Assembly (NCBI GenBank): GCA_964016885.1
Contig: OZ024742.1
Span: forward strand, 283,216,001 to 283,280,000
Reading direction: 5' to 3'
DNA length: 64,000 nt
From: Eledone cirrhosa
Taxonomy: Eukaryota
A program made the translations under genes and the position numbers. This document shows, piece by piece, positions 54,393 to 64,000 of this stretch (positions are counted from its first letter, which is position 1; each line of letters opens with the position of its first letter). The notes below the pieces were generated by a model, which did not search any database, was not told the DNA's origin, and saw only the letters and a program-made list of their open reading frames with translations.

Positions 54393-54678
54393 GTGGTTGC
54401 CAGTGACAGTGATGCGGGCATTAACAGTCAAATAAGGTACAGCATTATAAGTGGGGACAAAGACGGTGTGTTCCACATCAATCGATCAACTGGTGTTATC
54501 ACAACTACCAGTCCTTCACTGGACCGTGAGATCTATTCCTCTTACCAGCTGAAAATTGAAGCTGATGATAATGGCCGCAACTACCAATCTTCTATATGTA
54601 TCGTACAGATTACTGTCGTTGACAAGAACGACAACACCCCAGTGTTACCCAGACTTAAACCTCTCAGTATTCCAGAAG
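54393..54678 (+). CDS. ds: Dachsous exon 14 in window (EC21/EC22)
   Basis: ttgcag| acceptor and G|gtaagt donor; ASDSD, LDRE, DKNDNTP; phase 0-1. Confidence 0.94.
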
Positions 54679-55479
54679 GTAAGTGCCTGTCTTTTGCATT
54701 TTGTTCTGTATCCCTGCATTTTGTAACAGGTGAGTATTAAACCATAAAACATTGCCTCAACAAAAGACCCCATAATAAGTATAAAGTTTGTCATGAGGCC
54801 TGGATGGGTAATCCCTTCTTTAAAATGTTTATTGTCATTGCTTTTCTGTGTCTACTTAACTTAACACTGTGTATATTCAGTAAAGAATAGGTGCACTGTA
54901 ACTCAGTGTGTTGTAAGAAGGATTATCTAACCATAAAATGTTGCCTCAAAAAGGAACCATTGATTGGCATAACAGGGTCTGCTAAGCTAATCACTGCTTT
55001 AGCAGGGAAAATGGCCTTAAAACACTTAATGTCTATGTACTTAGGCCAATGTAATAGTGTTCCTTTTCTACACTTCTCTATTCACCATTACCATGTTCAG
55101 TTCCTGGATAGATTCCAGGCCAATATCTCGCTTCAGTCTGTCAATGTATGTGACCTGATATCCACCATACTTCTCTGTTTATCATTGCCATCGTCATCAG
55201 TTCCTAGATATATTCCAGGCCAGTATCCTGCTCCAGGTTGTCAATCTATGTGACTTGATGCCCACCTCACTTTTCTGTCTATCATTGCCATCTTTAGTTC
55301 TTTTCCACTCCATGCCATGAATCCCACATGACTAGCTTTGATTCTTCTACTTGTGGATGTCGTACACACTCACTGTACTGATGTTCTCCAATATTCTCAC
55401 CATATGTAGCATCTTTGTGTAGCAGCAATCAAGATTAGTATTTAGTACTTATATATATTTCTTCTATTTCTTATTTCAG

Positions 55480-55661
55480 ACACAGTGGTTGGATCAACAA
55501 TTTCTATGGTAACCGCCAATGTGGCTGATTTGAACCCCAATCTCAGCTACAACATAACATCCACAGATGGAATGTTTAATGTGGATCACCTCACTGGAGA
55601 GGTGACTCTAGCAAAACCCCTTGACTACAACAAACAGAAAACTTTCAACTCTTATGTCATT
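55480..55661 (+). CDS. ds: Dachsous exon 15 in window (EC22)
   Basis: tttcag| acceptor and ATT|gtaagc donor; FNVDHLTGEVTLAKPLDY; phase 1-0. Confidence 0.9.
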
Positions 55662-55897
55662 GTAAGCCTATACCACCTCTTTATTCCTCCTCTTACTCCT
55701 CCTCCTACTCCTCCTACTCCTTCTTCTTCTTCTTCTTCTTCTTCTTCCCTATCTCTATAACTAGCTACCCATCTAATTACCTGTGCATCTATATTTCTAA
55801 ACAACATGTTGTAGTTTTATGCCAATCTTATTATATATTCAATCATTGACAGGACTCTACAAACATAGTCATCATGGAAAAGTCATTTTAGTCATTC

Positions 55898-56076
55898 AAA
55901 AAAACACACAAAAACTGTTAATCTCACTTTACATTTATCATTTATTTCCTGGTGTCAATATTTTAGTGAAGTGAAACACTATCAGTGACTAGATTGCAAA
56001 AAGGGCAAAGAATATTTTGACACCAGGAAATAAATGATAAATGTAAAATAAAGTTAACAGTTTCTGTGTGTTTTTG
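55898..56076. repeat. Inverted repeat with ~60-bp arms (MITE-like)
   Basis: aaaacacaca..actgttaa..tttacatttatcatttatttcctggtgtcaa and its reverse complement at ~56017-56075. Confidence 0.8.
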
Positions 56077-56627
56077 ATTGGGCAAATTAACCCTTCCATG
56101 GTGTAATTGCCAGATATTATTTTCTTTTTTTTTACTTATCATGAAACATGGACAAATATGCACTGAACATTCATGACATATAAGTGTACATGAGCATAAG
56201 TATGTATGTGGCTTTGTGGTTAGGGAATTCGGCTCACGGTGGTGCGTTGTGCTCTTGAGTAAGACCGTCACACGGCCTCCTTTTATATTTACTCAGATTA
56301 ATGTATGTTGATGATACAGACTCATAACCTTCTGTACTACAAAAAATCACAATTGCAAAATCTGCCTTATTCCTGAATCACATTTTCACAACAATGCGTC
56401 TAGTAACAAAGGTACTAGAAACATTTGAATTAACAAGTGCAACACATTGTAAATGCGGTTGGTGTTAGGAAGAGCATCCAGCTGTAAAATCCTTGGCCAA
56501 ATTTACAGTATGTCAGAGCAAGGTATGCCGTGGCCAATTCTAGCCAGACTTGTCTCCCGATGTGGATGACTCATCTAACCCATGCAAGCATGGAAAATGG
56601 ATACTAAACAGTGATGATGAATATATA

Positions 56628-56853
56628 TATCATCATCATCATCATTTTACGCCCGCTTTTCCCTGCTTGCAAGGGCGGGACGGGTCTTATTCAGTACAGC
56701 ATCTCTCCACTTGTCACGGTCCTTCGTCATCTCCCCTGTGAGCTTCAGCAATCTGCGGTCTGTTCTCACCACTTCCACCCATGTTTTCCGTGGTCTACCT
56801 CTACCATGTCTTCCTTCAACTGGCATTTCCTGGCACTTCTTCACCCATCGGTC
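56628..56853 (-). mobile_element. 3' end of an RTE LINE subfamily
   Basis: Minus-strand ORF WVKKC..MPVEGRHGRGRPRKTW...DRDKWR ending in (GAT)n. Confidence 0.8.
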
Positions 56854-56940
56854 ATATATATATATATAATGTTTTGCTAAATCATTACAGTATGTTAGGA
56901 GTTTTAATATCATTGTTATTGTTATCATTTGTTATTTCAG

Positions 56941-57175
56941 GTGAAGAACGATGTAAGCAACGCAACGGTGAAACTTCGAGTAAACGTATTGGACACAAAC
57001 AACCATGCTCCTGAGTTTAGTGAGAGCAGCTATCAGGTGTCAGTTAAAGAAAATGCCTATGTTGGCAAACCAATCTTTACTGTCACTGCCATAGATTTGG
57101 ATTCAGGAAAGAATGCAGACATCACTTACAAAATGGATGTTCAAGTTCCAGAGTTCTATATTAATCCCAAAACTG
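56941..57175 (+). CDS. ds: Dachsous exon 16 in window (EC22/EC23)
   Basis: tttcag| acceptor and G|gtaaga donor; DTNNHAP, AIDLD; phase 0-1. Confidence 0.93.
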
Positions 57176-57824
57176 GTAAGAATACCTTTCATCTGCAACC
57201 TGGTTTCTTTTGCTCTCTCCATCCATATTTCTTTCTTTCTCTCTCTCTATCTCTTTATATATATATATAAATTTATCGAACCAGAAAAATTGAATTTGTC
57301 TTAGGCTTGCCGAATTTTCACTTGCTTCATGATTTTACAGATCCTGTATTTATTAAATGCAAGTCTGTATATCAGAGCGCACACTATGAGTTGGTTAGTG
57401 GTAAAAACGATGTTGTGTGGGAACACTATCATTTTCAGCCCTGAACCACATGGTTTCATTACTGTACCCCACGCTTGGAGTGTGCCTGTGCAGCACTCCA
57501 TGTGCAGAAGCTACGCATTATTTCCAAAATCATCTGGAAAAAACAAATGCAGCCAGGATTGATGGAGCAAATTGTCAACAGAGTTTAGTCCTCAATATCC
57601 TATCAAATAGGTCTGAACATGACTGGAGGTAGCAATCCAAGACAGCCGCTGCATCATGTGACTTCCAAAAGAGGAAGGCTGTCAGGCCTAGTCTATAGAA
57701 CTAATCACACATACAGTTCTGTATGAGCAAGACAAGGTCACCTGACCTGACATGCCTCAAATGAGACAACACATCTAACCTATGCTAGCATGGAAAATAG
57801 ATATTAAACAATGATGGTGATGAT

Positions 57825-57965
<141 letters not shown>

Positions 57966-59408
57966 ACACACAGTGTCTTGCTCTCTGAATTTTGGTGAGT
58001 GAGAAAAGTTTCAGCAGACTAAACTATTCTTGCAATCTCAAGACCTGAAACTCCTTTTAGGGGTGTTCAGATAATGACAAGCAAGCAAAAGAGAGAACAC
58101 CTACAGCCTGAATTAATCCAAGTCTTTTGAAGCAATTCAAGACAATGCAGTGAAATAGAGTAATTGAGAGTAAAAGAAATATATATATTCATATTTATCT
58201 TTCATCCTTCTGAAGCTGATAAAATAAGTTATGGGGCTGGTGTAATTGAATGTACTCTAGATTAGTGGTTCCTAAACTTATTTTGTCATGGAACCCTGAT
58301 ATTATTTTCCAAAAATCATTGAATGAAACAGAAATTGTTTTAAAGATAGAATTTATTTACAGAAAGAAAATATACATTTTTATTATATTGTATTTAAAGA
58401 CATTTAAAGATATGGAACTGATTTTGGGAAATACTACTCTAAAAGATAGTGACCCAGCATGGCCATAACAGAAACTTGAATAACTGTGTGTTTGTGTTTA
58501 AGAATGTAAGTAGAATAGATTGTAGTCAGCAATGAGATCAGTAGCTAATCAATCAATCATTATCGATGACACACTTGGCACAATATCACACTGGCATCCA
58601 TTTGATTCTGTGCCAACATCTTTTCAAAGGTTTATTAACTGCAGTACTGCTACTGCCTGCTATGAAGGTTTATTAACTGCAGTACTGCTACTGTCATGAA
58701 GATCAGATCAAGGTTAATTAAAGAGTGACTGCTTGCTACTCTAAAGAGACAGAGACAAGAGATAGGCAGACAGACAGAGAGATGTAGATGTCCAACTCAC
58801 TACTGATTCGCTCACAACTACAAGACGAATGAATTGCTGACCCTTCAAAATAAATAGACTATAAATCTTATAATGACTTCTTTCACTGCTGTGGCCACAG
58901 GAACTTTATCAAAGAAAATTTTATAATGATGCAAAGAAAGAGAGAAGATAAGACAGGAAAGAAAGAGAGAAAGAAACACACTGCATGCAGAAAGAAAGCC
59001 TATCTTTTCTCTGTAGAAAGATATAATATAGGCGATGGCTTGAGAGGGTCAAGAATCTCACACAGCTTGATAGAGAAACAGAAATAAAGAAAGAGAAAGA
59101 GAGCTTACACACAGCTTGAGAGAGAGAGAAAGAGAAAGAATGCCAGCTCTTACTATCTAATGTTCATTCGCATGTGACAAAAGCAATAAGTTTACCCGGT
59201 TCAAAATTCAATTTATCCACTTAACGTCTTGTATTAAACACCTTTTACTGTGATTGATTTCTGCTCTTTCTCTCTCTCTCTCTCAGATTTTCCAAATTCC
59301 TTTCATAACTTTTTCCAAATGTTCAACTCTTAATCAAATATTTCCTCTTTCTAACCATCATTTGTTCTTTTTCTTCTGGTTCTCTCCATGGCTGTCACAT
59401 GTGTCCAG

Positions 59409-59580
59409 GTACTATTCACGTGAACAAGACATTGACCTACAACCCCCACAAATCATTTATACAGCTTGTGGTTGTTGCTGAAGACGGTGGCACACCACGC
59501 CTGTCCACCGTCGTAGGAATCTACGTGCAGATCTTTCCTGTCTACAACACCATTCCGAGCTTCTCTCAACTCACATACAG
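59409..59580 (+). CDS. ds: Dachsous exon 17 in window (EC23/EC24)
   Basis: gtccag| acceptor and AG|gtatat donor; AEDGGTP; phase 1-2. Confidence 0.88.
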
Positions 59581-59802
59581 GTATATAACAATCAAATTTC
59601 TTCTTCTACTTTCTGAATCTTTCTCTATTTTCTGCTTTACAGAATGAATGGAGGGGGTGGTGGATTTTATTTCCTGTTATGGTTTTCTTTTGTTTTCAAC
59701 TGAAAGTCATGTGATTTGGTCACTGGTTCATGCTTCTTATGTCACTAATATATTGAGGAAATGCATAAACATCACAACATTACATTTCCTAATTGACTGC
59801 CT

Positions 59803-59847
<45 letters not shown>

Positions 59848-59985
59848 CATTGGATGTACATGTATGTATATATGTCATTCACTATTTTGTAATGATTACA
59901 TTCTAGGATTTATTCCTTGAATCTTTCTTTGAGCTTATTCTTAGGTGATAAGGCGCATGTTCAAGATTATCTATAATGTTAAATG

Positions 59986-60050
<65 letters not shown>

Positions 60051-60095
60051 TGTATGTATGTATGTACATATGTGTGTATGTATATGTGTGTGTTC

Positions 60096-60245
60096 ATTAT
60101 GGCTAAGTGATGAATCTTGTTACTCTGGCGTTTCACCTGTGTACTCACAGGATCATCAGGGGAAAACTCCAGAGTAACCAAACTCATCACTCGGCCATAA
60201 TAAAGATTATTTTAAACTCTACTTCAGTATTGAGCACTCATTCTC
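60096..60245. mobile_element. Fold-back element with a hammerhead core on the minus strand and a TATTGAGCAC tail
   Basis: Minus strand reads CTGATGA-T-CCTGTG-agta-CACAGG-T-GAAAC; the plus arm reads GAAA-ACTC-ca-GAGT-A; tail motif at 60228-60237. Confidence 0.65.
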
Positions 60246-61444
60246 CTATCTGTCAGCATCACATGGATCATCATCATCCTCATCATCATCGTTTAACATC
60301 CATTTTCCATGCTTGCATGGGTTAGACGAGCTGTCCCATTGTGAGACAAACCATGTCAAAGGACTGTGTATTGCTCTCAGAGAACTGATTTTGGCTTGGT
60401 TTCTGTGGTTGGATGCCTTTCCTAATGCCAACAACATTTACAATGTGTTACTGGGTGCTTTTTGTCATGACACCTGCACAACCACTTTATAGTGTGATAC
60501 TAATAAAACTGGATGTTTTTGCAACTGTGTTTGTCTTGTCATTTCTTAACCTATGTATCATCATTTTTACATCTGTTTTTCCATGCTTGCATTTGTTTAT
60601 GTGTGTGTGAAAAGTTACTTATAATCTTCAAGGTACTTTCCATGTCAAGAATAATGTTATGATGTATTACATGAAAATGAATGCAAACATGCACGTACAA
60701 GCATCTTGTGTCTACAACTCGCAGTTGTAACAACCGTTCCAAAGTGAAATTGTTCTATGGACCACTAAAATATTACTGTGGACCTCCAATTCGCTATATT
60801 TTTGTGTGTGGACCTTTAGTAATGTTACATGGACCCTGGTTGAGAACCACTGGTCTACATGATAATATTACTTCATCAAATTTCAGAAAAAACATTTCTG
60901 CAGCCAATACATATTTGATTACAATTGGTTGCTGGAATATAATTGCCAACTGTTGGTTCCAGCCATGAGTGTTCCAGTTGTTCTATCAATGGAACATCAT
61001 GCTCATGAAATTAATGTGTAAGTGGCTGAACATTTCACAGACACATGTACTCATAATGTAATTCTCATGGTGATTTTGTATGACACACAATGCTGGGTTT
61101 AGGACAAATGAAACCCTGTGCTAATTAAGTTATGAGGCCCCTTACTTGGGCTCTGAAGGAGGTAAAAAAGTTTTTGGCAGGAAGATGGGCCCCCATGGCC
61201 AACAGGGCCCTGTGCACATCTAAACACAATGGTAAATCTGGCATTGATGACACAGTGTGTGACAAGGTTGGCCTTTTGAAATACAAGTGCAGTCTATCTG
61301 GTAGACTTCCAAACGGTTTCCATCCACCCAATTTCACTCACAAGGGATGGTAAATGACATTTGCCCAAGCTTCCACCCTGTGGGATCAAACCCAGATTGT
61401 GAAGCACATTTCTTAACCATTCAGGCATGTTGCATCCACACGAG

Positions 61445-61479
<35 letters not shown>

Positions 61480-61749
61480 TGACTCTTCAGTTGTATCAAA
61501 GACATGACAACATCCCTAGTACTGGTGCTACAATAAAATGCACCCACTGCACTCTGTAAAGTGTGGTAATTTATGTAAGTGAAATTAAGGCCCCCTGCCC
61601 CTCTGAGAGTTTAGCAGTTCTAATTAAGTACTGACTTGGTCTCTGATACTAGCAGGAAAAACAGTTGTTAAATCATGATGATGATATTTGTATTAAAGTT
61701 TTTGCTCTTTCCGTGTTACTAATTCTTTATTTTCTGTTGTTTTTTCTAG

Positions 61750-64000
61750 GCACAATGTCAAAGAAAACATAAGCCGTGGCACTGTCCTGCTTGATGTGAA
61801 ACTACCAGAGTTTACAAGCCTCTCACAGAACAGGATCTTCTATAAGATTGTCCAGAATGAAATGCAAAATGTCTTCTCAATTGGTCGACGTTCAGGCAAG
61901 ATTGTCCTTAACAGTATGCTTGACCGTGAAAAAATCGATGACTACAGCTTCACAGTGATGGCAATGAGTGGACACCAATCATCTACTGTCAATGTCGATA
62001 TTCTCGTTGATGATATCAATGACCAACGTCCAGTTTTCGACCAAGAAACCTATCATATTGTGTTGAATGAATCGTTCCTCAGCAATGTCAGTTTTTGCCA
62101 GGTCCATGCATCTGACAGCGATGTTGGCAATAACGGCAGGGTCAGTTACGCAATCACTTCCGGTAACGACAATGGGCTATTCCGGATCCACCGAGAGAGT
62201 GGCAGGATATTTATCAATGCTGGCCGTCACTTAGACTACGAGTCACAAACCAGTCACAAACTGGTCATCACGGCAATTGACTGTGTCGGCTGCAATGTTG
62301 GTGAACCCCGTCTGATGAGCTTCACATCAGTCATTATAAATGTAACTGATATCAATGAATCTTCCCCGCGTTTCCCGCTACAGAGCTACATTGAATTTAT
62401 TGCCGAAAATGAGCCAGTCAGCACTCGTATATTCCAAGCACATGCCAACGATGAAGACAAGTACGAGAAAATGAGCTACCACATGTTCAACAATGACTTC
62501 AGCTACTTCTATATTGACAGAGAGAGTGGCTGGATTCACAGCTCGGTGGTCTTTGACTATGAATCACGGACACAATACACATTCATGCTGTTAGCCAATG
62601 ACAGTAATGGACAGAACACAACAATAAAAGTCACAATAAATATCCTCAGCGTAGACGAGTACACACCAAAATTTAAAAAGAAGTCCTACTCGTTTGAGAT
62701 CCGTGGTGACGCGGATGTTGGTGACTATGTCGGTGAAGTCAACGCCACTGATGAAGACAAAGGGGAAGATGGACGAATATTTTTCCAGCTTGGCGACCCG
62801 GCAAGCCCGTTTGTGATCTCCCCATTGAATGGCAGCATCTACGTACGGGAAAATCTGAGAGGAATCAGAAGTGGGCACCAGTCCACTAGACGACGAAAGA
62901 GGGATACAGAAGAAACGAAAGTAAATGAGAAATATGAATACGTATCTTTGGTAATTTTAGCGGGATCAGGAAAATCAAATTCTAAAAAGACGAGCACAAA
63001 AGTAAACATAAAAATTGACCGTGGCTGTGTTGGCTGTAATAAACTAGAAGTCTTTAGTCCGGAACCAAGCAGCAAGAAACTGGTGATAATTATTGTTGCG
63101 GTGTTAGTAAGTCTCATCATCATCAGTGTCTGCATTCTGTTGTTCTTGCTTTTTCGGCGTCGGTATCGCAAACGAAAACCCCGCAGCGCGCCACCAGCTT
63201 TTAATACTGCATTTGAGGTACCTCCGCCTGTTGCCCCAAGGCACACTGGACCGCCCTGCTACCAGGAAGTAGTTCACTGCAATGGACACTCAGTGAACAT
63301 TGCTCGGTCTGAGGTGCTTTCTGATAGGTCAGGTAACTCAACATCTAGTGGGCGTGGTTCTGCAGAAGAAGAAGAGGATGAAGAGATTCGTATGATCAAC
63401 TCCAACACCTGCATTCAGTCACAAACATTGTCGAGAAAGAGCAAAATGCCAGACTCCGGCATCCAGCAAGACGATGACAGCTGTTCCGAGCCCCAGGTTC
63501 AGAATCATCAAGAGTATTTTGCCCGTCTGGGTATCGATACTGCACGGATACAGGCCAAGGCAAAAGCTGCTACAGTAGCACCTTCTGTTGACAGTATTCG
63601 CCACTATCAAGATGAAGGCGGTGGAGAAGGCAACAATGTTGACAATTTTGTGTATGAAAAGCTAGGTGAAATTGAGACAGATGATGAGTTATCTATTATA
63701 GAGAACTCAAGAGATCAAGGGTTTCATGATGCAGAACCCCACCAGGTGACTTCATTATCTAGTGTAGTGAACAGCGAAGAAGAATACAGTGGTTCCTATA
63801 ACTGGGACTATTTGCTTGATTGGGGTCCACAATACATGCCACTGGCAGATGTTTTTGCTGAGATAGCTCAGCTGAAAGATGAAGAAAATTCAAACTTTAA
63901 ACCCAAAAAACAACCAGTTCACATGGTCCCTCAAAGATTTGTAAATAGCACACTAAATGCTAACATTCGAACTGTACCACCCCCTATAATTACAGATGCA
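61750..64000 (+). CDS. ds: Dachsous large 3' exon (EC24-EC27, transmembrane helix at 63080-63154, cytoplasmic domain); runs past the window end
   Basis: tttctag| acceptor, phase 2; 750 codons from 61751 with no stop (so it is missing from the ORF track). TM LVIIIVAVLVSLIIISVCILLFLLF is followed by RRRYRKRK. Ds motifs SSGRGSAEEEEDEEIRMIN at 63344-63400 and GSYNWDYLLDWGPQYMPLADVFAEIAQLKD at 63791-63880. Confidence 0.96.

Noticed and set aside
55095-55295. Diverged ~100-bp tandem duplication (similar small duplications at ~47513-47590 and ~58627-58695)
   Set aside because: These are ordinary short intronic duplications with no further structure.
62591-63610. Minus-strand ORFs over the last exon
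   Set aside because: They are antisense to the Dachsous coding sequence, with no independent evidence.

Overview
This is eukaryotic, AT-rich, microsatellite-saturated genomic DNA; the SINE, RTE-LINE and simple-repeat landscape suggests an octopod cephalopod (inference). The window holds the 3' three quarters of a Dachsous (ds/DCHS-type) giant cadherin gene on the + strand. I traced 18 GT-AG coding exons from 24214 to the window end; they splice in one continuous frame (7860 nt, 2620 codons). They encode 22 cadherin repeats (EC6-EC27 by comparison with Dachsous architecture), a transmembrane helix and the Ds cytoplasmic motifs (SSGRGSAE, GSYNWDYLLDWGP...LADVFAEIAQLKD). The first ~24 kb appears intronic, and the 5' exons and stop codon lie outside the window. 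Introns contain a 5'-truncated RTE LINE with a target-site duplication and a PHD-like finger in the RT region, a mariner with a nested SINE, hAT/piggyBac/Tc1 MITEs, two tRNA-SINE families and very long trinucleotide tracts. The most unusual signal is a dispersed family of short fold-back elements inserted in (TA)n tracts that carry hammerhead-ribozyme modules (CTGANGA, GAAAC, stem III, GTC/GTA) and a shared TATTGAGTAC tail. One member has expanded its stem III/cleavage-site segment into a 46 x 22-bp tandem array. Most short ORFs in the supplied track are microsatellite artefacts.
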